Below are positions 1-12,860 of a stretch of 64,000 nt of DNA, in pieces. Source of the DNA: Cyanophora paradoxa CCMP329 (taxonomy: Eukaryota; Plantae; Glaucophyta); the NCBI GenBank assembly GCA_004431415.1, contig QPMI01000667.1:1-64000 (forward strand), read 5' to 3'. Within the stretch, counting starts at the first letter, position 1. Every line of letters starts with the position of its first letter. The notes under the pieces were generated by a model that was not told the DNA's origin, ran no database searches, and saw nothing but the letters and a program-made list of their open reading frames with translations. The translations under genes and the position numbers were made by a program.

Positions 1-3000
1 AGCTCGCCCCGCTTCTCCCGGTAGAGCGCCACGTAGTGCCGGATGAGGTCGAGGAAGTGGCGCGGGGTGACGTAGTGCGAGCGGCCCGTGCGCCGCGCCA
101 GCGCCCCGCTCACCTCCGCCACCGACGTGTGGATGGCGACCATGCAGGAGACGAGCGCCTCCCGCTGCCCGGGGGCCCCCGCCCCGCCCAGGCTCGGGAG
201 CTCGACGCCCTCGGGGGGCGCGTACGCGGGGTCGTCCAGCTCCAGCGTCCGCGTGAACTCGAAGGCGACCTGCCGCCCCCGTCGGCCGCCGAGGGGCGCG
301 GCGGGCGGGGCGGGGCGGGGCGGGGCGGGGCGGGGGCACCTGGTGGAGGGCCGCCTCGGACCAGTCCCCGAACCAGTCGATGACGCAGCGGTTGAAGAGC
401 GCCGGGCTCGTCTGCCGCGGCGTTCGAAGGCGGCAGGGGCAGCGGGAGAGGGAGGGTGCGGGCGGGCGGGCGGGCCTGGTGGCGGGAGGTGAAGTCGGGG
501 TTGGCGGGGTTCATCGTGAAGATGACGTGCAGGTTGCGCTGGACCTGCGCGGCGGGCTCGGCGGGGGGCGGGCGGGGGGCGCGGGGCGCCGGGGACCTGC
601 TGGGTGAAGCGGCGGAAGAGCTCCTCGTCGGTGTCGAGCATGCCGCCCTCCTTGGCGAGGCCCTCCTTGATGGCGGAGAGGAGCGAGGCGCGCTCGTCCC
701 CCTCGAAGAGCCCCGGCACCTCCCCGCTCGCCAGCAGCGCGTTCATCCGCTCCAGGAACGCCGACGAGAGCACGTTCGACTCGTCGAAGATGAAGCAGAT
801 CTGCCACGCCGCCGTCAGCCAGGCCTCAACGGCGGCGAAAAGAGCTGCGGGGGCGGCGCGCCTTCTCGTTCTGGCAGCCGGCGCGCTTCATGACCTGCAG
901 GGGCGTCAGCGGGGGGCGCGCGGCTCGGGCCGGGGCGGGCGGGCCTTGCGGAGGTCCTCGTCGAAGTCGGCCGCCGTGTACCGCTTGCTGACCTGCGCGC
1001 CGCCGCGTTCAGCCGCCCGACCGGCGGGCGGGGATAAGGGGGGAGCGGGCGGGCCTTGATCTGGAACGTGGAGAGGCCGTTGATCCAGGCGACGAAGCGG
1101 GAGAGGACGGTCTTGCCGGCGCCCGAGGTGCCGATGAGGAGCAGGTGCCCGAGCGGCTGCCGCAGCACGCGGTCGATGCGCAGCACGTGGTCCAGCACCT
1201 GCCGTCACCGTGAGGGGGGGCCTGGCCGCCGCGCAGGCAAAGGGGGCGGGCCTCGTTGAAGACGACGAGGGGCACGTCGAGCTCCTCGTCGGCGAAGACC
1301 TTGAGCTTGGCCTTCATGTAGCTGCGCAGCTCGTCCCGCTCCACCGGCACGTAGTGCTTCGAGAGCCACGAGGAGTAGAGGATGGGCCGCTTCAGCGCCT
1401 GCGCCAGGTTCGCCGTGGGGAAGTACTTCTGGGCGACCTGGTCCAGGCACTGGTCCATCCAGGCACGCTCGTCGGGGCGGACGAGGCGGTCCTGGAAGAG
1501 GCGGAGGCCCTCGTGCACGAAGAGGCGCACGAGGCCCTCGATGGGCAGCGCGTCCAGCGGGCGCAGCGCCTCGTACATGGCCCGCACCCAGCGCGTCAGC
1601 TCCCGCGGGCTGTACACGTAGTGCGACTGCTGCTCCGCCGTGAAGTGCTCCTGCGGCGGGCGTCGGCGGCGGGGAGCGCGGGCGGGGGGCGACGGGGAAG
1701 GAGCGGGCCTGGGCGAGGGCGTAGGTCTCGACCATGGCGTCGGTGAGGGGCTGCGCGTTGGCCCGCAGGGAGGGCATGAGCTTGAGGGTCGCCCGGTTGA
1801 GCGTCGCGTAGATGTGCCCCAGCGCGTCCGGCGCCGGGTAGTCCACGAGGAGGAGCGGCGAGTGGCGCAGGAAGCGGGGGGAGAGGGGCACGCGGCCGGC
1901 GTCCGTCGGCGGGTTGCAGGCGGCGACGAACTGGACGCGCTCGAGGCGCACGAAGGCGACCGACGGGCTCGCCCGCCAGAAGCCGCCCTGCTCCGTGAGC
2001 TGCCGCAGGAACGAGATGACCCGCTGCGTCCCGTACCTGCCGCGGCCTCAGCGGCCGGAACGAAAGCGGGGAGCGCGGGGCGGGCGCACTTGTCGTTCTC
2101 GGGGAGGTTGACCTCGTCGCAGAAGAGGACGAGCCACTTGTTGGGCTGCGCCGGCCGGCACACGAAGCCGTCGGGCGTCTTGGCGATGTCGCAGTACTGC
2201 TCGAGCGCCTTGACGAGCAGCTCGGGGCGCGTCGTCGACGCGAAGTTGAGGGTCACCACCTCCGCCTCGGGGATCGCCCGCAGCGTCGCCTGCGGGGCGA
2301 GCGAGAGGGTCACGAGCAGAGGAGAGGGCGGGGGCCGAGGACGAAGAAGAGGAAGGGGCAGGCCTGGAGGGTCATGGACTTGCCGGAGCCCGGGGGCCCG
2401 CAGAGGACGAGGGGCCGGCGCTCGGCGAGCCAGGAGAGGAGGACCTCCTCGTGGCGGACCGTGTCCACCGTCGGGATCACGAGGTCCGACTGGGGCACGC
2501 GGTGCGCCTCGAGCTCCACAGCCGGCACGCGCCGCTTCCACGGGTGCCACTCCCCGTCCTCCACCCGCACCTCCACGTCCACCAGCGAGCCGGCCGCCCC
2601 CGTCGGCACCTCCACGCTCACCAGCGAGCTCTGCGCGCCCCGCCCCGCGAAGCGGACTCGGCCGGGGCGCGGCAGGCGCGGGGGCGGGCGGGAGGGGGGG
2701 CGGGCGGGCCTGGAGGAGGCGCGCGAAGGCGTCGCGGACGGCGTGGCGGGCGGAGCCGCAGAGGCCCCACATCATCGAGAAGACGAGCCGCTTCGTGATG
2801 TACCTGCGCGGAGCGCTCGGCGAGGGTCGGGGGAAGGGGAAGCAGGGCGGTGGCGGACCGGGCGAGGTGCTCGTTGGTCATGCCGAAGTCGACGTGGGAG
2901 GCGACGTACTCGAGGACGTTGCGGACGCCCTTGGAGAGGAGCGCGAAGGTCGAGGAGAGGGCGGCGAGGCGCGTCCACTCCATCACGTGCTCCTGCTGCT

Positions 3001-6000
3001 CCGCGAAGGCCAGCGCCTTCAGCACGACCCCGTCCCCCTCGAAGAAGGGCGCCAGCACGTCCGCGCAGCGCCGCTGCAGCGCCAGCGTCGGGCTCACCGC
3101 CGCCGCCGCCGGGCCGCCCCCGCCGCAGCCCCGGCCTCGCCGGCCGCCACGACGGCGGCGGCGGCGGCGGCGGCGGCCGCGGAGCGGTCCTCGGCCTCGA
3201 GCGGGGTGGAGCGGAGGGTGGCGAGGTAGTGGCGGAGGAGCATGTCGGGGGCGACGGTCTGCTCGCTGAACCAGACCATGCCGCAGCGGGAGACGGTCGC
3301 CAGCGTGGCGTACTTGAGGTCCTGCACCTCGAAGAGGACGCGCACGTTGGGCGGCAGGCCCAGGCGCTCCCCCGTCGGGAGCGTCAGGATCTTGTTGTCG
3401 TCGAGGACCGAGTTGAGGTTCTCGACCCACTCGGGGTCCACGTCGCCGTCGAAGACGATCCAGTGGCGGCGCGCCGACTGGCCCCGCGCGTTGTCCACGA
3501 TCTGCCGCAGCAGGTGCGTGAAGACGCCGTCCGTCCACTCCCGCGTGGTCACGTCCAGGTACCCTGCGCGGGCGTCGGCCCCCTCTGTATGGCGGGCGGG
3601 GCGGCGGGGGGCACCGTAGAGGGCCTCCTTGGAGAGGGCCTTGGGGTCGATGACGTACGCCTCGCCCTTGACGCCCTCCACGCGCGCCAGCGCCTCCAGC
3701 AGCACCCGCCACGCCGCCGTCTTCCCGCTCCCCGACGGGCCCACCATCATCACTGCGCGCGGCGCGTCGGCCCCGCCCCGTCCAAGACTGGTGCCCCCGG
3801 GGCGGGCGCAGGCGCACCGCCGTGGTGGAGGGCGGCGATCTGGGCGAGCTGGAGGAGCTTGTCGAGGAAGGCCTCGCCGGGGACGAGCCCGCGCTCCGCG
3901 CACACGGCGCCGGCCGCCTCGCGCAGCGCCGCCGTGTCCCGGGTGTGGACGGAGACGCCGGGGAAGACGTCGGCGAGGAGGGAGCGGAGGAGGGGGATGT
4001 CGTCCGCCACCAGCTTCGGCACGAGCGTCTCCAGCACGGAGCGGATGAGGACGCCCTGCTCCGCCTCCTCCCAGCCCTCCTGCGCCGCCTCCCCGGGGGC
4101 CTCGAGGGCGAGGGCGCGCTTGAGGGCGCCGGCCGAGTTGAGGACGGCCTTGAGGGCGCGCAGGCCGAAGTCGTAGTGGGGCTGGGACGAGAGCTGGTCG
4201 TGGCAGAGCTTGAAGAAGGGGATCGCCTTCGAGGCGAGCCGCTCCGCCGAGCGGAAGCCCTTCGAGAAGAGCATCACCTGCGGCGGGGGAGACATCAGGG
4301 GGCGTCCCGCCAGGTGGTTCGGGGCGGGGCGGAGGGCGGGCCTGGGCGATGAGCTCGCGGTCGGGCTCGATCATGGCAATGGAGCGGAAGAGCTGCTTGA
4401 GGTTGTCGGGGAGGTTCGAGCGCCCCGCGTACCCCGGGTTCATCGTCACGAACAGGCCCGTCTGCCGCCGGCGTCGGCAGGCGCGCGGGGGTCTTCGGGC
4501 GCGGGAGGCACCTGGGGGTGGACGCGGACGGACTTGCCGGCGAGGTCGATCTCCTTGGCGGCGTCGCGCAGGCCGAGCTGGCGGGGCGCCCGTCGGGGGC
4601 CGCGGGCGCGAGGGCGCGGGCGGGGCGGGGCACCTGGATGGCCTGGATCTGCTGGGAGACGGCGGAGAGGATGCGCTCCTCGAGGCGGTTGAACTCGTCG
4701 AAGCAGCCCCAGGCGCCCGTCATGCAGAGCCCGACGAGGATGCGGCCCATCGCGTGGAAGTCGAAGCGCTCGTCGCAGTTGAAGACGAGCGTGAAGCGGC
4801 CGAGGTTGGACCCCAGCTGCTTCACCGTCTCCGTCTTCCCCGTCCCCGCCGGCCCGAACGGGCTCCCTCCCATCCGGCTGTGCATCGCCTGCGACGCGGC
4901 TCAGGCAGGGGCGCGGGGTAGAGCAGCGCACGAGGCGGGGGGCGGGCCTGGGTGAGGGTGTAGAAGCATCGGTCGGTGAGGGGCGTCTGGACGAGGCGGT
5001 CCTGGACGCCCAGGTACTCGAAGCCGTAGACGAAGGAGGCGTTGGCGACGCGGATGGTGAGGCGCTTGAGGGGGTCGCCCTCGGCCGGCTCCCAGTAGGG
5101 GCGCATGTAGTAGAGCCAGGCGAAGTCGGCGGCGGAGGCGACGCGCTGGCGCTCGAGGCGGCGGGCCACGTCGCGCTGGTGCACCAGCTCCGTCACCAGC
5201 ATCTCCACCTTGCGCCGCCGCGCCGCCGGCAGCTCCGTCAGCACCGCGTCCGCCAGCGCCTGCGCGGCGCCGAAGGTGAGCGGCGAGCGGGGGGGGGAGG
5301 CGGGAGGAGCGGCAGGCGCGGACGCGGAGGTTGGCCTCGACGCGGGCGATGGCGGCGGGGAGGTCGGAGGCGGCGAGGGCGCGCTCGACGGCCTGCACCC
5401 AGGCGACCTGGGCGGCCAGCACGGTGACCTGGCACGGGTACTTGTCGAGCCAGGCGGCGAAGGCGGGGGAGGCGAAGTCGAGGGGGGCGAGGATCTCGCG
5501 GATGGCGTCGCCCGTGGCGGCGGCGAGGGTGCGCTGCAGCTCGGCCTCCATCTTGGTGAGCCAGGCGCTGATCGCCGGGTCCTCCTTGATCGAGACGGGC
5601 TTCCCGAAGAGCACCTCCTCCCCCTGCGGGGAGACGACCCCCCGGATCTGCCGCGGGGTCAGCGGGCCGCCCTCTGCGGGGCGGGGGGGCGGCGGGGCGC
5701 ACGTGGGCGGCCTCGGCGTCGAGCAGGAGGGCCCCGATGCCGGCGAACATCTTGCGCAGGTGCCGCTGCACCTTCGACCTGGCCGGGCGACGGGGGTCGG
5801 CGGTGGGCTCCTAGGGAGAGCGGGGGCGGGGCGGGCGCACGGGTCCTTGGCGTTGCCGATGATCTCGAGGAGGTCCTCGTCGCCCACGAAGTAGAAGCGG
5901 GGGAAGGCGGCGCGCCCCCGCTCCAGGTACTCCCCGAGCGCCTTCTGGATCTTGGAGAGGAGGTCCGCCAGGCGCCCGAGGGCCCGCGCCAGGTCCGGGA

Positions 6001-9000
6001 TGTTCATCACGTCCATCACCAGCGGCTGCTTCGCCACCTTGCGCATCACCGCCAGGAACTCGTTGTCGATCACCTGCGCGGGGGGCTCGCGTCGCGGGGC
6101 GAGGAGGCGCGGGGCAGAGGTGGGGGAGAGGAGGACCTTGAAGCGCTGGTGCTCGGCGGGGAGCTGGGCGGCGATCTCGGCCGACCCGAAGAAGATGCCC
6201 TCGAGGTAGACCCAGCGGCGCTGCACGTCCACCCACGTGTCCAGCAGCATCCGCAGCCGGTTCAGCTTCTCCTCCCACGCCGTCCCCTCCTCCTCGAACA
6301 CCTGCGCCCGCCCGCGTCGCCGCGCGAACGAAGCGGAGGACGGAGGGCGGCCGGACCTTGTAGTAGGGGGACATCTTCATGGAGGAGAGGCCGTTGATGT
6401 GCTCCCCGACCTGCGCGGGCGAGTGAGCCGGCGCGCGGCGGCGGATCCGCGCGGGGGTGCGGGGCGGGCGGGCCTTGCTCATGAGGTCGTCCCAGCCGCG
6501 GACGAGGCGCGTGCGGTCGCGGAAGGCGACCAGGTCCAGCTCGAAGGCCGCCCAGTGCTCCTTGATCTGCACGGACCGGCGTCAGCCGCCTCCGAAGCCG
6601 AACTGGCCGATGGCGGGGGCGGGGGCGGGGGCGGGCCATGCGGAGGTACTCCTCGAGGGCGAGCTCGCCCTGGGCGACGGCGAGGACCTCGCGCACGGCC
6701 TTCTCCCGCTGCGCCAGCTCCGCGTCCCACAGGTCCCCCAGCGTCGCCCTGCCCCCGACCGCCCGCTGAGCTGGGCGGGGCGGGGCGGGGCGGGGCGGGG
6801 CGAGCGCACGAGGCGGGGCCCCAGGAGACGCGGAGGCGGGCGGCGAGGGCCTTCCAGTGGCGGTCGCGGAGCGCCTCGGACTTGAGCTCCGAAATGAGCA
6901 CGTTGACCTTCAGGTGCTCCTTCAGCGCGTCGTGTATCTGCCGCCCCGCCTCGTCAGCCGGGCGCGCGCGGGGCCGGTGGGGGCCGCGCGGGGCCGACCG
7001 ACTCGTAGACGGCGTACTGGCGGATGCGGGCGGGGAGGGCCCGCAGCGCCTGCAGCGTCTCCTCCAGCGACGTCCGCACCTGCGGGGGCCGTCGGCGGGA
7101 GCCGGCGGGAGGGGCGCGGCGGGGCGCGGGCCTTGCGGGGCACGACGGCCGACCAGGGCGTCTCGCGGAGCGCCTGCATCTGCTCCCAGACCTGCGGCGC
7201 GGCCTCGGGTGCGGCGGGGGCGGGGGCGGCGGGGCGGGCGGGGCGGGACGGACCTTGGAGACCTCGGAGTAGGCGCCCTTGAAGTCGCGGATCTCGTCCT
7301 CGAGGGGCGCCAGGCGGTCCACGAGGGGCCCCTCCAGCCCCAGCGCCTCCTTCGCCCGCACAAGCCGCCCCTGCTCCTCCTGCGCCCCGCCCCGCGTCGC
7401 GAGATGGGCGGGCGGCGGGGGCGGCTGCACGGGCGCGGGCGCGGGCGGGCCTTGGTGCGGTTCAGGCGGGCCTCGAACTGAGCCAGGAGCTCCAGCGCCG
7501 CCGACGGGCGCACGTCGCCCTGCAGCAGCCTCAGAGGCCGAGGAAGGCGCAAAGAGGCGGGGGCGGGGGCGGGCGGGCCTGGAGGGGCTTGCGGGCCTCC
7601 CAGTCGTCGAGGAGCTCCCCGATGCGGGCGTCCAGGGCCCGGTCCTCCGCCGTCACCTGCCGCCAGCCTCGGGGCGGGCCGGGAAGGGAGAAGGGGCGTG
7701 GGGGGGACCTTGGCCTGGAGGGAGGGGACCTCGGCGCGGATGACGCCGTCCTTGCGGGCGAGGATCTCGTTGAGGGCCGTCCACTCCCCCTCCGCGTTCT
7801 CCACCTGCGTCCAGTCCGACGGGAACTGGAACCTGCCCCGCCGCCCCGCGTCAAGAGAAGGAAGGGGGAGGGGAAACATGGCGGGGGCGGACCGCTGGCG
7901 CTCGAGGAGGCGCTGGCCGGCGACGAAGGTCTCGAGGTCGTAGGTCCAGCCCTTCATCTTGCGCTTCATGTCCTGCACCTGCAGCAGGAACGTGACGGCC
8001 TCCGCCACATCGCTGCCCATGGCGCAGCCCTCGAGCTGCTGTCGCCCCTGGTTGAGCGCCGAGTGCAGGCCCCGGATCGAGTCCCCGAGGGTCCGCCCGA
8101 ATGTCCCCAGGATCTCCTTGTGCCAGGCGTCGTACTTGGTGGTGACCTTGGCCTGCACCTGCCCGATGTCCACCGTCACGGGGCCGAACGCCCGCTCCGT
8201 CTCCGACGTGTCGAACGCCGTCCGCGCCTGCCGGCGCGTTAGATACGGCGGCGGCCACCGGGGGAAGGCGGCGCCCGCCTTCTTGATCTGGACGAGAAGG
8301 GCCTGCCAGAGGCGGAGGTCGGAGCCGAGGCGGGCGTAGACGGCCGCCGGGTCGAGCTCCCAGAGCGCCTGGTACTGCAGCCACGTCCCCGCGTACGCCC
8401 GCACCTGCCGGCCCGTCAGCGCCGACGCGTGCAGCCCTCGGGAGGGGCGGGCGGGCCTGCTCGAGGAGGGCCTCCACGGCGCGGTACCCGTTGAAGAGGG
8501 TCCCCGGGGGGAGCTTCGCGAGGACCTCGACGTAGGTCGCCTGCGCGGGGCGCCGCGCCGTGAGAAGGAGACCGGAGGGGCGCCGGACGGGCGGCACCTT
8601 CTCCTTGGTGGCGGCGGGGTGGCCGATCTTGCCGCGGGGGGCGGCGCGGGCGGCGGCGAGGATGTCGAAGCGGGCGGCCTGGACGCGGGGCAGGTCGCAG
8701 ACGACGGCGACGGCGGAGTGGAGGGAGGCGATGTAGGAGAGGCGGGCGTGCTCGAGGGGCGGCTCCAGCGCCATCTGCCCGTTCCGCAGCGCGATCTCCA
8801 GCACGACCCGCTCCATGCGCCCGCCCCAGGCCCCCGCCCCCGCCCCCTCCTTGCCCTTCGCGTCCCGCGGGGCCGAGAAGTCGGCGACCCAGGCGGCGAG
8901 GATCTCCTGGAGGCGCCCGGCGAGGATCTCCTCGACCTGGGCGTCCAGGGCGCGGGCCCAGCCCTCGAGGCCCGAGAAGGAGCCGAGCTCGAGCTCGTCC

Positions 9001-9535
9001 ACCCACTTCTGCACCTTGCCCAGGTGCTCTGCCATCACCTTCTGGTCCAGCGCGCACGTCCGCAGCGCCGCCACGTGCTCCCCGACCTTATCGTGCGCCG
9101 CCAGCGCCTCCTGGACCTGCGGCCGGCCTCAGAGGCGCCGGCCCTGGCCCGGGCGCCCCGGAAGGCGCGCCTTGTTGGCGAAGGTCGAGACGGCGTCGGC
9201 GAGCTTCTTGGCGTACGGGCCGACGCGGTCCCCGCCCCAGCGCAGCTGCACGCCTGCCGCGGGGTCACGCCGCGCGCGGCCGGGGCGCGGGCCGGTGGCA
9301 CACCCTCGGTGAAGAGCGCGTGCAGGTCGCGGCGGTAGGAGGCGACGAGCGGCTTCACGCCATCGTGCAGCGACGAGACCGCCTGCGGCGGGTCAGGGCG
9401 GGGAGGCCTCGAAAGGCAAGGGCGGCGCGGGCCTGCTTGTACGTGCGCATCGTCTCGGAGAGAGACATCGCGAAGGGGTACAGCTCCCGCGCCTCGTTCG
9501 AGACGAGCAGGATCTGCCGCGCGTGTGCCTCGCGT

Positions 9536-9570
<35 letters not shown>

Positions 9571-12500
9571 GGTGCAGGGCCTGGTCCAGCGAACGGCGGA
9601 CTCGCACCTTGTAGGGGATGTGGAAGCCCATGGTGTGAAGGTTGCGGACCTCCTTAAAGAGCGTGATGACCTGCCGGCAGCGGCGGGCGGCGGCGGCGGG
9701 TCGGAGGGCGCGGGAGGGGTGCGGCGCGGGGGCCGGCAGCGGACCTGCGGGTCGAAGTTGACGGCGAGGGAGAGGGCCCCGGCCTTCTCGGAGAGGGAGA
9801 AGATGCGGCCCTCGAAGGAAAACGCCCGCGCCTCCATCTCCCCGACCCACGCGTCGAACATCTGCCGCCGCAACGGGTGAGGCCGGCGCGGCGGGCGGCG
9901 TCGGTTGGGAGGCGCGGCGCGGGAAGCGCACGGCTTGCGCGTTGAGCTTCTTGCCGAAGGCCTCGCCCTCCTCCTTCAGCTTCTGCCCGTCGCGGTGCGT
10001 GCTCCACTGCTCGCCCAGAACGTCCTGCAGCCGCTGCATGTACGTCCCAAGCTGCCGCTCGATCTGCCGCGCCCAGATGATGGCTCCTGCACGCGCGCAC
10101 GCGCGCGGTGAGGCGCGTGCAAGAGACTGATGCAGCTGCGGGGGCGGCACCGGAGACGGGCGGGATGTCGCGGACGTGGGACATGTAGGAGGCCTCGGAC
10201 ATGGAGTAGTCGGTCTTGAACTTGTCCTGCAGCGCCTTGATGTCGTCCTTGACGCGCTGGATGAGCTGCGCCTGGTACTCCTGGATCGCCGCCTGGATGC
10301 GGGGTCTCTTGAGGAGGGCGTTGAACTTGGAGAAGACGCGGAACATGTCGGCGGCGTTGCGGGCCGCCCCGAGGCGGTCGCGCAGCTTGGACGTGATGGC
10401 GCCCTCCACGCGGTCCACCCGCGCGTCGTACGCCTTCACCGCCGCGTCGAACGCGTCCGTCCCCTCTGCGCCCCCAGCGTCACACGGCCCCGCGGGAGGC
10501 GCGGCCTCGGGCTCGGGCGGCGGCGCGCGCCCTTGCTCGTGTCGAGGACGTCGACGGCGGCGACGGTGTCGTAGGCGGCGGCGATGTCGCGGAGCACGCC
10601 GGCCTCCGCCCCGCCCCCCAGCACCCGCCCGATCACGCTCCGCAGGTCCTCGTGCTGCCGCCGGAACGCCCGCAGCGTCCCGATCCGCCGGCTCAGCTGA
10701 AGGTCCGGCAGCTGCACGGCCCCGCTCAGCGAACGCTCCCGGCGATCGCGCGGTGAGGGAAGGGGCATGCGGGCGAACCCGCGCGGGCAGCTTCTCGTTT
10801 CGGCGCTTGGCGAGCTCGCGGGCCTGGGCGCGAGCTCAGGGGGAGCAGGGGCGCGGACGTGAGGGGGCGGGGCGCGCCTCGTCGCGAAACTTGATGAAGT
10901 GGGCCTCCCAGGACGTGAAGAGGCGCTCGCAGTTGGCCGCGATCTGCCCCGCCGGAGGTCGCGGGGCGGCGGCGGGGCGGCGGCGGGGCGGCGGCGGGGC
11001 GGCGCGCACGGCGTCGAACTCGTCGAAGGGGAGGGCCATGAGGCGGCGGGCCTGGAGCAGGCGGACGAGCTGGACCTGGGCGTCCCGCCAGACGGCGTCC
11101 ACGAGGGCCAGCGCCCGCGGCACGGGGTACTTCGACTTCTTGAGGGAGCGCATGTGGGCGAAGACGGCGGCAGCGCCGGCCAGCATCTTCTCCACGTCGC
11201 CGGCGGCCAGCAGCTCGTTCAGCGGCAGGTCCCGCACCACCAGGTTGTAGTCCGTTACTGCCCCCCGGGGTGAGACACAGGCCCCGCGCCCGCAGGGGGC
11301 GCGCCGCGCACCCTTGTCCACCGAAGCGCGCAGCTCGGTGTCCTTCTCGAACTGCGCCGTGACCTGATACCGCCGGGCTTGCTTCAGCACCGCCAGCGTG
11401 AGCTCTGCTGGCCGGAGTGAGAGACGCCCCTGGGCGCACCGAGAGAGAGCGCACCGATCTCCGGAGTGGCGACGAGCTCGGTGGCGGCCTGGAGGGCGCG
11501 CTCTAGAGCCGGCCAAAAATTGATCTCCTGGATAGCGGAGCCGATGGAGGCCTCGCGCTCCCTGCGCGGCGCGGCGCGCTCAGAGATCGGCGGCTGCGAC
11601 GCAGTGCGGGCCGTCCGAATGCGTCGCGCGCCGCACCGCTTCTCGATAAGGCGGGTAAGGCGCTGGATCTCGCGCGTCCAGCGCGTGACGCCCGCCTGCA
11701 GTCCGTTCAGGAACGCGGCGTCCTGCGCCTTCTCGCCGAGCAGATCCACGCGGGGCTTCTCGCCGGACTCCTTGCACTGCCGAGCGCGCTTGTTCATACA
11801 TTCTCGGCCGCTAGGGTGAGCTGCGGGGACGCGCACGGAGGCAACGATGCGCTTGATTTCCGCGTCGACGGCGAGTTGGACCTCGGGGATTTCGACGTTC
11901 TGCTGGCACGTGACGAGCGACAGGAGAAGCTCGGCCATGCGCTTCTTGACAGCGGGGATTCCTGAGCCGGGTCAGCGAGCGCCCTGGAGACCAGTGCGGA
12001 ATGCAAGCTACCGAGCTTCGGGTCCTTCTCGTCGGGCTTCGCCTTCTGCGCCTGACCGGCAAAAGAATCGAAGTACGGCGAGAATGAGTTCTGCAGGTAC
12101 AGGTGCAGCGTCTCCAGCGGGGACGTGTCCGCAAGGAACGGCATGATGAACAGCTGCGACGCCAGAGAGCGGCCCTTCGCGCTTTCGACCGTGGCAGCAC
12201 GCTTGAGGACGCACACGCTCTGCGTCTTGGCGCCGTGGTACGCGACCTCCAGATCCGCGACGAAGGAGTAGGCTTGCGCAGCAGGAACGTTGTCGTCGGG
12301 CTCGTTCTCATCCGCTGCATTGCAGCGCTGCGTCAGAGATGCGAGTGCGGCGCGCGACCGCTTTGGGGCGCTGGGACTCGCGCTGGGCCCGCCAGCGCAT
12401 TCAAAGATGCGCCGCACCCTCGACGGCGCCCGAGTCCCCGCGGAGCTTGTGAAGCGAAAGCGCTTGTACTTGCGCATCTCCAGCGAAACTACGAAGCTTG

Positions 12501-12652
12501 GCGCGCGTGGCTGGGTCGCGGAGGAAGCGCTCCAGCTCGCCCGCCTCGCACTCCAGGAGGGCCGGGCAGAGCTTCAAAAGATAGTCGCTGAGCGCAGCGA
12601 CATCGCCCTCGCTCGCCGCAGTGAGCGCTGGCCCGTCTTCGGCCGCAGCCAT
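1..12652 (-). CDS. DYNC1H1: Cytoplasmic dynein-1 heavy chain, 5' portion (tail, linker, AAA1-AAA4); about 53 introns in the window; continues beyond position 1
   Basis: Spliced fragments give AAA1 [17 protein letters not shown] and [17 protein letters not shown]2 GPSGSGKT and [27 protein letters not shown]3 [13 protein letters not shown] and [12 protein letters not shown]4 [19 protein letters not shown] and TSPALFNRC. These are dynein-1 (not axonemal or dynein-2) signatures. ATG at 12652 (MAAAEDGP). Confidence 0.96.
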
Positions 12653-12860
12653 CGCCAGCGCGGCTGTACCCCACGAGGAGGGGTAGTTCCACGCAATCCC
12701 CTTACAGCCAGCAAGTTCGGCGCAGCATCTTCAATTCGCGGCGTGCAGTCGGGAGGCTTCTCTGCACACACTTATCCAGCCAGCAAGCGAATCTTGCTGA
12801 ACGCGTGCTCAATCGGTTGCCCGGCCGTTCAGGCCTTGTGTCTTCAGAATCAGCCTTTCG

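Noticed and set aside
269-12420. Introns as Introner-type transposons (GTGCGC...GCGCAG looks like a terminal inverted repeat)
   Set aside because: The 5' and 3' ends do not co-vary between introns, intron bodies are not homologous to one another, and no consistent TSD is seen.
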